This document shows, one piece after another, positions 48,124 to 56,635 of a stretch of DNA of 64,000 bases. The notes under the pieces are model-generated. The model was given only the letters and a program-made list of their open reading frames with translations. It had not been told where the DNA came from and searched no databases. The DNA lies in assembly GCA_964558005.1 (NCBI GenBank), contig CAZLCO010000001.1, positions 62,362-126,361 on the forward strand. The letters run 5' to 3'. The position numbers were made by a program, and so were the translations under genes. The stretch is from an uncultured Gammaproteobacteria bacterium. Lineage in GTDB: Bacteria > Cyanobacteriota > Vampirovibrionia > Gastranaerophilales > UBA9971. Within the stretch, counting starts at the first letter, position 1. Each line of letters starts with the position of its first letter.

Positions 48124-50136
48124 ATGTCAAACGAAAAACCAAATTTACCTGATGAAAACTTTGTAAAAAGAACGTTTATCTCAATGTTCTCCGTTGAGGC
48201 TATTTCTGATTACCTGCAAAACAGCGGTATAGAAATATCCCCGGAAACTCCCCTGCACTCTAACCCGCTGATAATTCAAATGTTCGACATAGCGGACATA
48301 AGGCTCAAAAATGGTATAGTCGTTGACGTAAGGGCAATAGTAGGTGAGGAATACCCGCAAATGTGCATCCCGAGGACGCATTTTGAGCGGGGAATAGCCG
48401 CGGATATTTATGTGGGACTGAGAATAGTGCCGGAACGTGAGGAGGCCGAAATTACCGGCTTTATAAAAACCGTCGATATTTCACTGAATAAGGGGAATGA
48501 AAATTATTTTATAATCAGCTCTGAAGAACTAAAACCCATTGATGACATAGCAAAGACAATAAACTCAATCGACAAAAAGGGCAAAACATTCTACGCCCTA
48601 GACCACGACAAGGCATCAAGCCTTTTCATTCCATTTATTGACAATAATATAGCGGAAATTGACCTCAACTACCTGCTCGAGCACATACACAGCTGTACTG
48701 AGTGCCGGGAAAAACTCCATAGGCTAATGCAGCTTGATTCCAGCCTGAAAAAAGAAAAAGAAAATCTTTTGCTGGAAGAAGACTATACACTAAGACTGCT
48801 GGCCAGCGACCCGGTGCTCGCAACGGATGATGAGGTAAGCATACCAATTGAGGAAGAAGCTGACGAGGAAGACGAGGTACTGCCGGAAACCGATATCCAA
48901 AACTTTGAGCTGGAGGAAGCAGAATTAACTGAATTAACCTTTGAGGGCACAGATATTTCTGATGAACCCGAGGTTTTAGCTAAAGAAGAAATAAAACAGG
49001 AAAATTTTGAAGAAGAAGATATCCTGGAAACCCTGGAAGATCTTGAAACTCTTGAGGGAGAAGATATTGAATCGCTGCTTTCCATGTTTAAGTCAGGGGA
49101 GGAGAAGCAGGAAGAGGATATTGAAGCATTACTTGTGCCTGAACCCGGGCCTGAACCCGAAATACAGGAAGAGACCGTAATACCTGAACCTGAGGAAGAA
49201 AAAGAACAAATTACAGAAGAAGTCCCGATATTAGAGGACAAAAAAGATGATGATATAGCTCAAACAATACAGGAAGTAACTGAAAAAGAAGAAACCAACG
49301 ACATTTTCCCTGAAGAGGAAATCCCCGCCGCAGAAGAAATAGAGCAGGAAGACCTGTTGGATCTTTTCGAGGAAACCCCGCCTTCTGAAGGGGTGCCGCC
49401 GGATAGTAGTTACTATGAGCCGCTTACAGATGAAGAGCGTATGCAAAAAGCAGCTCACGAAAGGGTAATGAAAATTTCCACTTTTGTAATGAAAAACAAA
49501 AAAATGGTGGCCGGAAGCCTCGGCATTGCAGTATGCCTCGTAATGCTTTTAAACTCCATAGGTAAATTAGGCGAAGATTTAAAACTTAAAAAAGCCGCCC
49601 GGGAAAACAACCAGGTTGTAAACCAATCAAATAATAACAAAACTGCCTCAATAAAAAGAGAAAGAACTCCGATAAAATCATATACAAGAGAAATAGTTAA
49701 AATTGTAAAACCGGAAAAAAATACCGAAATTCCTGAAGAAATCCTCCCGAAAGAAACTAAAATTGTTCAAAAAAAAGCTGTTCAAAAACCGCGGGAACTA
49801 AAAATAAAGCACATATCCTGGGAACTGCCTGCTAATATTGCCCGGGACCAAAAAATAAAAGAATATTTCCTTGATATAGGACAAAACCTTAAAACTACCC
49901 TTTCAAAAGAGCTCTATACTGCTGAAGTTAATGCTGAAAACTCCAGAATAAACATATATATAGAACTAAACAGAAATGGCAGTATTATAACCAGCAAAAT
50001 AACAGAGGAAAGCGGTATTGAAAAAATGGATAATATCTGCCTCAGTACAATTAATAACCTTATTAATAAATACAAATTTCCTGATTCAGAAATAAAACAG
50101 GATAAAATAAAATTTCTACTCTTAATAAGGACTTAG
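48124..50136 (+). CDS. large anti-sigma-like membrane protein (zf-HC2 motif, acidic repeats, single TM, TonB_C-like end)
   Basis: HIHSCTECREKLHRL fits the H-x3-C-x2-C zinc-finger of anti-sigma factors. There is about 200 aa of E-rich low complexity, a TM helix (MVAGSLGIAVCLVMLLNSI) and a C-terminal ~90-aa domain of TonB-C-like size. The N-terminal domain was not recognised with certainty (DUF1822-like?). Confidence 0.5.
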   Translation: MSNEKPNLPDENFVKRTFISMFSVEAISDYLQNSGIEISPETPLHSNPLIIQMFDIADIRLKNGIVVDVRAIVGEEYPQMCIPRTHFERGIAADIYVGLRIVPEREEAEITGFIKTVDISLNKGNENYFIISSEELKPIDDIAKTINSIDKKGKTFYALDHDKASSLFIPFIDNNIAEIDLNYLLEHIHSCTECREKLHRLMQLDSSLKKEKENLLLEEDYTLRLLASDPVLATDDEVSIPIEEEADEEDEVLPETDIQNFELEEAELTELTFEGTDISDEPEVLAKEEIKQENFEEEDILETLEDLETLEGEDIESLLSMFKSGEEKQEEDIEALLVPEPGPEPEIQEETVIPEPEEEKEQITEEVPILEDKKDDDIAQTIQEVTEKEETNDIFPEEEIPAAEEIEQEDLLDLFEETPPSEGVPPDSSYYEPLTDEERMQKAAHERVMKISTFVMKNKKMVAGSLGIAVCLVMLLNSIGKLGEDLKLKKAARENNQVVNQSNNNKTASIKRERTPIKSYTREIVKIVKPEKNTEIPEEILPKETKIVQKKAVQKPRELKIKHISWELPANIARDQKIKEYFLDIGQNLKTTLSKELYTAEVNAENSRINIYIELNRNGSIITSKITEESGIEKMDNICLSTINNLINKYKFPDSEIKQDKIKFLLLIRT

Positions 50137-50140
50137 GAAA

Positions 50141-50695
50141 ATGGAATACAAAGAAGAACATATAGAACTTATCAAAAATATAATTCAAAAAAGCCCCGGG
50201 TTTTCAGGTAATGAAGACTTATTTGAAATAATGGTCAGCGAAACCCTCAAAAAATCACGCAGTTTTCTGGAAAGTTCAATAGAATTAAACAGCCTTGAAA
50301 TTTACCTGAAAAAAATAGCTGGTAATGTGGTTGTTGAAGTATTAAAAAATGCGCCTGTATTGAGGGCTGAGCTGGAAAAACAAAAAACCGTAGATTTTAT
50401 AAAAACGCCGGTATTATACGATACCGACCCCAAAGGCTTAATAGTCCACAAAATTAACCTGCCCGCAATGCATGAAGTCGAAAGCAGGGGGCTAAGCAAG
50501 GAAAAAGTAGAACTTATAAAACAAAAAGTAATGGAACTCGATAAAAACAGCTCAACAAAAAAATATAAACAAATTTTTGAATTACGTTTTGTTCGGGAGA
50601 TGACCCATAATGAAATAGCCAAAAAACTTGATATGGAAGAAGTTGAAGTTGCAAAGGCTTTACTTGAATTATTAACAGAAATTGACTCAGCGTAA
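50141..50695 (+). CDS. sigma-70 family (ECF-like) RNA polymerase sigma factor
   Basis: A region-4 HTH is present: IFELRFVREMTHNEIAKKLDMEEVEVAKAL. The length is 184 aa. It starts 4 nt after the preceding stop. Confidence 0.55.
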   Translation: MEYKEEHIELIKNIIQKSPGFSGNEDLFEIMVSETLKKSRSFLESSIELNSLEIYLKKIAGNVVVEVLKNAPVLRAELEKQKTVDFIKTPVLYDTDPKGLIVHKINLPAMHEVESRGLSKEKVELIKQKVMELDKNSSTKKYKQIFELRFVREMTHNEIAKKLDMEEVEVAKALLELLTEIDSA

Positions 50696-50743
50696 ATTGT
50701 TATTATTTTAATGTATATGGAAACTGAATTATTAACTAAAATT

Positions 50744-51274
50744 ATGAAAAAATTACTTATCACCTTAAACTTAATAATGTTTTTAGCCGCCTGTCAGGCG
50801 ACTTTAGCTGATGATGACTGGGTAAGCGTTTACGAAGGCTTTGACAACGCTGAATACGGAAAAATGGTTTCTGAAAAAGAATACCTCGATGCTGTAAAAA
50901 CCATGGAAAAATACAGCAAAAAAAATAAAAAAGATAAAAAAAAAGAAGACCTGTCAGAAGAAAAAAAACCTGAAATCAAGTTTGACCGTCCGGCAAAAAC
51001 AGAACCTCTTTTAGCTCTGGTTACTGACGTAGATTATAAAGGCAAACCGATTGAGCGGGGTTTTTACCTCGCCAACGCAATAAATAAGGACAACAGGCAT
51101 TTTATAAGGCTCTCTCTGGGGGAAGGCAAAATAATAGCCGACATAGAAGCAAATGTACTGAATAATAAAAACGAGGAAAAGAAAATTTTTTCTGAAATCA
51201 TGGATAATGGTATATTAAAACTAACTTATACTGACTATGACATTATTTTAGAAGCATATTTATGGATACAATAG
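50744..51274 (+). CDS. hypothetical lipoprotein
   Basis: Signal/lipobox MKKLLITLNLIMFLAAC, followed by a K-rich linker. Start chosen at ATG 50744. Confidence 0.55.
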   Translation: MKKLLITLNLIMFLAACQATLADDDWVSVYEGFDNAEYGKMVSEKEYLDAVKTMEKYSKKNKKDKKKEDLSEEKKPEIKFDRPAKTEPLLALVTDVDYKGKPIERGFYLANAINKDNRHFIRLSLGEGKIIADIEANVLNNKNEEKKIFSEIMDNGILKLTYTDYDIILEAYLWIQ

Positions 51275-52041
51275 ACCACCCCTGTTTTAATTACTCAGCC
51301 TGTAAAACTTCGGCCAGGATACATTTACCGGTAGCGCCTGATTGCAACATACAGTGCTGTTATTGTAACAGGGATTATGACTGCGCAAATGAAATCCGTC
51401 CGGGTGTAACCAGCAAAATTTTAACACCAGAGCAGGCTTTTGAAAAATTCACCGAAGCCTCAAAAAAATTGGGCAACATAACTACTGTAGGTTTTGCCGG
51501 ACCCGGCGACCCGCTGGCTAACTGGAAAGAAGTAAAACAGACCGCTGAGCTGGTAAGGTCTGTCAATAAAACCGTCAACCTGTGCATTTCAACCAATGGA
51601 CTGAACCTCCCTAAATACTCCGACGAACTTGTTGAAGCCGGGTTTGCATTTTTAACCATAACAATTAATGCTGTTAAACCAACAACAGCAGCAAAAATAT
51701 ATCAATGCCCGGATATTGAGGAATTGCTTAAAAACCAGCTTAAAGGTTTAAAATACCTTTCCGGCAGGGGAATAAAAACCAAGATAAACACAATATACCT
51801 GCCGGGCATAAACGATGGGGAGATAGAAGACATTGCCCGCACAGTCAGCGAGAATGGCGCTTTTATAATGAACATAAAAAATGTAATTCCGAGTCCTTCC
51901 CCGCCTGAACTTAACGAAATCCGGCGCAGATGTTCTAAATACATAAAACAAATGGATTATTGCAAGCAGTGCAGGGCAGATTCTGTTGGCTTACTTGGCG
52001 AGGACAGATTTTCGGAATTTTACCAGGTGCCATTCTCCTAA
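51262..52041 (+). CDS. NifB-like radical SAM protein (shortened)
   Basis: HPCF...HLPVAPDCNIQCCYCNRDYDCANEIRPGVTSKILTPEQA, GFAGPGDPLAN, CISTNGL, TITINAV and CKQCRADSVGLLGEDR closely follow the NifB radical-SAM core as I remember it. Confidence 0.75.
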   Translation: MDTIDHPCFNYSACKTSARIHLPVAPDCNIQCCYCNRDYDCANEIRPGVTSKILTPEQAFEKFTEASKKLGNITTVGFAGPGDPLANWKEVKQTAELVRSVNKTVNLCISTNGLNLPKYSDELVEAGFAFLTITINAVKPTTAAKIYQCPDIEELLKNQLKGLKYLSGRGIKTKINTIYLPGINDGEIEDIARTVSENGAFIMNIKNVIPSPSPPELNEIRRRCSKYIKQMDYCKQCRADSVGLLGEDRFSEFYQVPFS

Positions 52042-52166
52042 AATACCCCCCACAACCCCTCGAAAACAAAAGAAAATTCACCCCAAAAACCCAAAAAACC
52101 CCCAAAACCACCCATCCGCACCAATCCCCAAAACCCGCCCCACGCAAACATTTTCCGCCCCGCCAC
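52042..52166. other. C/A-rich, G- and T-poor tract (rut-like on + strand, G-quadruplex-capable on - strand)
   Basis: My hand count gives about 7 G and 10 T in ~125 nt. The minus strand of 52081-52113 reads GGG-N7-GGGGG-T6-GGG-T5-GGGG. Confidence 0.8.
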
Positions 52167-52195
52167 TTGAAAAACCTGCCCATATATGGTACAAT
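52167..52195 (+). promoter_or_regulatory. near-consensus sigma-70 promoter with extended -10, no ORF downstream
   Basis: TTGAAA (52167-52172), a 17-nt spacer ending in TGg, then TACAAT (52190-52195). TGnTAnAAT-type -10 boxes recur upstream of other genes here, for example at 53195-53203 and around 43520. Confidence 0.45.
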
Positions 52196-52312
52196 ATAAT
52201 TGATATAAAAAATAAAAATTAAATTACGAAAGTAAATTTAAAAAAAATAAAAAAATTAGAATAAAAAAATTAAAAAACAAAAGTTTTTAAAACAACTCAA
52301 AAACCGCCAGGC

Positions 52313-53170
52313 TTACTCCTGAAAAGCCTTACCCGCCCTGAGGTAAGACCCCAAAAAACGGTAAAAGTTAATGTATGGAGTGATTTTGCCTATTACCCGC
52401 TGGACATTTTCATCTTGCATATGTCCTTCAAAGTCAATAAAGAAAGTATAATCCCCGAATACCCTGCGGGACGGCCGGGACTCTATATATGAAAGGTTAA
52501 TATTATTGTCCCTGAACACCTGCAACACCTCAACCAGTGCTCCGGGCTGATTTCGGGTAGACAGGGCTATGGATGTCTTGTCCTGTCCTGTTGGCGAGGT
52601 GATGTTTGAGCCCAGCGACACAAACCTTGTGAGGTTATCTTTTTCATCATTTATGCCCATAGCAAGTTTATTAAGGCCATAAAGATTTGCGGCCTGCGAT
52701 GAGCCTATGGCGGCATAGTTTTCAGGCAGCTCAATCAGCTGTTTAACTGCTTCTGATGTGCTTGTTGAGGTGAGCAGCTCTGCCTTGCCCAGGTTTGTCT
52801 CTATAAAGCCGCGGCACTGCGCCAGGGCCTGCGGTATGGAGATTACTTTGTCGATTTCGCTAATGTTTGATGCCTTACTGATGAGGCAGTGCGAGATAGG
52901 GATAAGCACTTCGCCTGTTATCATTACCCGGGAGGTGGTTTTGACGAGGTTATCCAGCGTTTCCCTGACTATGCCTTCGATAGAGTTTTCTATCGGCACA
53001 ACGCCCATATCGCCGTTGGAGTTATCGCTTGCCTGTATTACCTTGATTATTGAGTTTTTGATAACCCTGTTAAAATTGTTAACTTCTTTTTGTTTTATAA
53101 ATTTTTCAGCCGCTATTTCAGTATAGGAGCCTTCCGGGCCGAGGTATATGAGGTTGTTGCTTTTATTCAT
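52313..53170 (-). CDS. pheA: prephenate dehydratase (PDT plus ACT domain)
   Basis: Motifs YLGPEGSYTE, VPIENSIEG, the TRF motif (NLTRFV) and the ACT-domain ESRP motif (IESRPS) are present. Confidence 0.88.
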   Translation of the reverse strand: MNKSNNLIYLGPEGSYTEIAAEKFIKQKEVNNFNRVIKNSIIKVIQASDNSNGDMGVVPIENSIEGIVRETLDNLVKTTSRVMITGEVLIPISHCLISKASNISEIDKVISIPQALAQCRGFIETNLGKAELLTSTSTSEAVKQLIELPENYAAIGSSQAANLYGLNKLAMGINDEKDNLTRFVSLGSNITSPTGQDKTSIALSTRNQPGALVEVLQVFRDNNINLSYIESRPSRRVFGDYTFFIDFEGHMQDENVQRVIGKITPYINFYRFLGSYLRAGKAFQE

Positions 53171-53235
53171 AGTTGTTCCTAAAAATTTTTGTCTTGTTAT
53201 AATAAATTATACTAAATGAACAAATTAATTAATAT

Positions 53236-53817
53236 ATGAGCAAGAAAACATTTTTTTCACTACTGGTTCTGGCTGTTATGGGCATACTCAGCATATGGGC
53301 ATTTGTAATGTCCAAAAATATGATAGGACAGATTGAGATATCAGACAGCGAAAAGCTGGGTGACGAGCAGATTTCCATAAAAGAGCTTGTCATAACAGAA
53401 ACAAAGGATGGGAAAAAATTCTGGGAAGTATATGCGGACTCCGGACAATACAACAATGGCAATAATATCGCACTTTTGTATAATATTGTCGGGAATTTTT
53501 ATCAGGAAGGCAATGTAGTGTTAAGTGTTGTTTCCCCAAAAGCTGAATATAATAATGACACCAAGGAGATAAAACTGTTTGGCGGGGCGGAAGCGGCTAA
53601 TAATAAGAATGTTTTCCTTAATGCCCGTGAAATACGCTGGGCCGGCTCAAAAAATGAAATAACCGCCGCTGGAAATGTAAAAATAATTAAAGAAGATGAG
53701 GGCATTATGACAATAAGCGACAAGTCCATATTTGACACTGATTTCAAGAACATACAGCTCTCAGGTGATGCCAGTACCTATGTTTATCCAACGATTTATG
53801 GTAATCTCAAAAAATGA
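53236..53817 (+). CDS. lptC: LptC-like LPS export protein
   Basis: It has an N-terminal anchor helix followed by an OstA-like beta domain. It is the first gene of the lptC-A-B-F/G string. Confidence 0.55.
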   Translation: MSKKTFFSLLVLAVMGILSIWAFVMSKNMIGQIEISDSEKLGDEQISIKELVITETKDGKKFWEVYADSGQYNNGNNIALLYNIVGNFYQEGNVVLSVVSPKAEYNNDTKEIKLFGGAEAANNKNVFLNAREIRWAGSKNEITAAGNVKIIKEDEGIMTISDKSIFDTDFKNIQLSGDASTYVYPTIYGNLKK

Positions 53818-54791
53818 ACAGAGTAAAGTATATAATAACAATTTGCTTAATAATGTTATTAGTGCCTGCTGGAATTATATTTGCGGAAAATATTCTGATA
53901 CAGGCGGACAGGCAGACTTTTGACGGCGAAAAGACCACTTTTGAGGGTAACGTAAAGGTTGATTACGAGGATGTATCAATAAAAAGTCCCAGAGCAATAG
54001 TAAGAAACAACGAAGAAGGTAAACCCGGTGCCGCAACATTTGTTGACGGAGCGCAGGCAATTAAAGACAGCGGGTACTCCAGGAGCGAAGTAAAAGCTAA
54101 TATAATAAACCTTTCTCTTTTAAAAAGCAGGATAAGGGCGGAAGGCAACGCAGAATCGTCTGTGTTCGAGGACAAGGAGCCTCTGGTGCATATTAATGCG
54201 GGTTCGCAGATATTTGATATTAAAAAAAATATCATAGTTGCCGAAGAAGACGTGAACATAAAATATAAGGAAATCGTTACCAATTCAGATAAAGCAAGGA
54301 TTACCATAAACGAAAACGGCACCCTTGATAGAGTTGAGCTGCTGGGTAATGTAAAAATTGATCAGAAAAAAAATATCATAAGGGCAGATGAAGTTCTGTA
54401 TAACCCAAATACAGATGAAATGGTCGCTTCGGGGAAAGCATCATCAGAAACCATGCTTGATGACGGCACATATGTTGTTATTTACGCTGATTACCAGCAA
54501 TATGACAATATGTCCAAGACCCTTATAACAAGCGGAAAAGTTAAGATTAAATACAAAGATTATATAGCATCAGGGCCAAAGGCCACATTTATTCCTGACA
54601 AAGACAGCAGTGTTCCGAACAGGATAGTATTTCTGGGCAGGTCAAAAATACAGGAAGGCCAAAAATTTGTTGAAGCTGACAGGATTGAACTTACCCTCGA
54701 CCCCAAAAACTTTACGGCAGAAGGCAATGTTATAACAAGATTTTCCCAGGTGGACAGTTACAAGGATATGAACAAGAATAAAAAACTATGA
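53814..54791 (+). CDS. lptA: LptA/OstA-family periplasmic protein (extended, 325 aa)
   Basis: It has a signal peptide and repeated OstA-N-like beta-jellyroll segments ([19 protein letters not shown]...). It lies between lptC and lptB. Confidence 0.6.
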   Translation: MNRVKYIITICLIMLLVPAGIIFAENILIQADRQTFDGEKTTFEGNVKVDYEDVSIKSPRAIVRNNEEGKPGAATFVDGAQAIKDSGYSRSEVKANIINLSLLKSRIRAEGNAESSVFEDKEPLVHINAGSQIFDIKKNIIVAEEDVNIKYKEIVTNSDKARITINENGTLDRVELLGNVKIDQKKNIIRADEVLYNPNTDEMVASGKASSETMLDDGTYVVIYADYQQYDNMSKTLITSGKVKIKYKDYIASGPKATFIPDKDSSVPNRIVFLGRSKIQEGQKFVEADRIELTLDPKNFTAEGNVITRFSQVDSYKDMNKNKKL

Positions 54792-55492
54792 CTATAAAAG
54801 CACAGGGACTGGTTAAAATATATAATGACCGTACAGTAGTAAACAATATTACTTTTGATGTAAGGCCTGCTGAGGTGGTGGGGCTGTTAGGGCCAAATGG
54901 CGCAGGGAAAACCACTACTTTTTACATGCTTGTCGGGCTGGTAAAGCCGGACGGCGGCAAAATTTTCCTGGATGGCAATGAACTGTCAAAAAGCCCTATC
55001 TATGAACGGGCAAGGGCAGGTATAGGATACCTTCCGCAGGAAACCTCCATTTTCAGGAAACTCACGGTAGAACAAAACATTTCCCTTATACTTGAAATGA
55101 ACAAAAACCTGGATAAGCAGGGAAGAAAAGATAAATTAGACTCCCTGCTTGAAGAGTTCGGCCTGACCCGGGTAAGGAAAAGTGACAGTATTCTTTTATC
55201 CGGCGGGGAAAGAAGAAGAGTTGAAATAGCCAGGGCGCTGGCCGCTGACCCCAAATTTATACTGCTGGACGAGCCGTTTACCGGTATTGACCCGATAGCA
55301 ATCCTTGATATTCAGCAAAATATCAGGCAACTTGTAAAAAAGGGAATTGGTATTCTTTTAACGGACCATAACCCCAAAGCAACACTGTCCATAACAGACA
55401 GGGCAAATATTATTTTTGACGGGAGCATAAAAGTTAAGGGTACGAGCAGGGAAGTAGCTGAAAACCCTCTTGGAGAGGACTTTGAACTTTAA
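54788..55492 (+). CDS. lptB: LPS export ABC transporter ATP-binding protein
   Basis: Walker [10 protein letters not shown], signature LSGGERRR and Walker B ILLDEP are present. The N-terminus is typical of LptB. Confidence 0.9.
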   Translation: MTIKAQGLVKIYNDRTVVNNITFDVRPAEVVGLLGPNGAGKTTTFYMLVGLVKPDGGKIFLDGNELSKSPIYERARAGIGYLPQETSIFRKLTVEQNISLILEMNKNLDKQGRKDKLDSLLEEFGLTRVRKSDSILLSGGERRRVEIARALAADPKFILLDEPFTGIDPIAILDIQQNIRQLVKKGIGILLTDHNPKATLSITDRANIIFDGSIKVKGTSREVAENPLGEDFEL

Positions 55493-56585
55493 ACTTCTTG
55501 ACAGGTATATTTTCTCGCAGGTGCTTACAGCTACCGTTTTTGGCATTTTTATTTTTATCATAGTCTGGATTTCACCGGAAATTCTTTTCAAAATAATAAA
55601 AAGGCTGATTAACGGGGATATAGGTGTTTTGCTTGCTATAAAGCTGTTTTTCCTTGAAATCCCTGAAATAATAAGCAAAGCGGTGCCGGTTGGATTAATG
55701 ATAGGCAGTCTGTTTGTTTTTGACAGATTAAGCAGGGACTCTGAACTTACAATCATGAGAATGGCGGGCGTAAATACTACCAGGCTTGTTATTCCCATTA
55801 TAGTTCTGGGTATTATCGGCGCTTTTATATGTTTTTTCATATACAAGGATGTCATTCCTTACACAACGACCACCATAAAAGAACTTAAGCACGAAGTTTA
55901 CCAGCAGCATTTTGTTTATATAGACAAAAAAGAAAACAAAAAACCTAAACAAATACTTATAGTCGGCGGGTTTAACGGGATTTTAATTTATGACATTAAG
56001 CTTTTAAAGTTTTCAGAAGAAGAGAGCGAAGGAAATGCCTTAATAGAAAGTATTATAACAGCCCAGACCGCTGATGTTGAAAAAGACTGCTGGAATTTAA
56101 AAAACGTTGTAAAATATGAAATTGCGCCTGACGGGGTTTACCGGAAGATACAACGTCTTGATGAAATTAAAATTTTTGATGCCAAAGCTGCCCAAAATGC
56201 TGAACAGCTTTTAATTTATTCAACAAGAAGGCCCAGAGAGCTCAATAACCCTGATTTAGAAAACTATATAGCACTTTTGGATACTCTGGACATGAAAGAA
56301 GAGCACCGGTTTGTACAGAGCAAGTATTACCAGAGGTATTCCCGTTCAATAGGCTGTATTTTCCTGGGAATTTGCGGTGTTTTGCTGGGCATAAGCCGCC
56401 CGAGGGAAAAACGGTTTATTGGGTTCACAGCAGGCGCTGCGCTAATATTTATGTATTATATTCTGGTGCCGTTTCTTGATATGCTGGCGCAAAGAGGCAC
56501 GCTTCTGCCTGTGGCGTCTGCCTGGTTCCCGGATATTATGGTGTGTGTGCTAATTGGTGTTTTAATAAAATATAAAAACCTGTAA
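55470..56585 (+). CDS. LptF/LptG family permease
   Basis: The N-terminus [10 protein letters not shown] is typical of the YjgP/YjgQ family. It has 6 TM helices and a central periplasmic domain. The start is TTG at 55470 or 55482. Confidence 0.85.
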   Translation: MERTLNFKLLDRYIFSQVLTATVFGIFIFIIVWISPEILFKIIKRLINGDIGVLLAIKLFFLEIPEIISKAVPVGLMIGSLFVFDRLSRDSELTIMRMAGVNTTRLVIPIIVLGIIGAFICFFIYKDVIPYTTTTIKELKHEVYQQHFVYIDKKENKKPKQILIVGGFNGILIYDIKLLKFSEEESEGNALIESIITAQTADVEKDCWNLKNVVKYEIAPDGVYRKIQRLDEIKIFDAKAAQNAEQLLIYSTRRPRELNNPDLENYIALLDTLDMKEEHRFVQSKYYQRYSRSIGCIFLGICGVLLGISRPREKRFIGFTAGAALIFMYYILVPFLDMLAQRGTLLPVASAWFPDIMVCVLIGVLIKYKNL

Positions 56586-56617
56586 AAAAGACTTCTGAAA
56601 TCAGAAGTCTTTTTTTA
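56584..56617. terminator. bidirectional rho-independent terminator
   Basis: aaaaaa-gacttctg-aaat-cagaagtc-ttttttt has an A-run on one side and a T-run on the other. It lies between convergent genes. Confidence 0.8.
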
Positions 56618-56635
56618 TATATGATAGTTGTTTAT

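Noticed and set aside
51935-52222. Three overlapping ORFs (79, 78 and 82 aa) with P/K/T/Q-rich or G/W-rich products.
   Set aside because: They are artefacts of the C/A-rich tract, which lacks stop codons in several frames. They have no start context or motifs.
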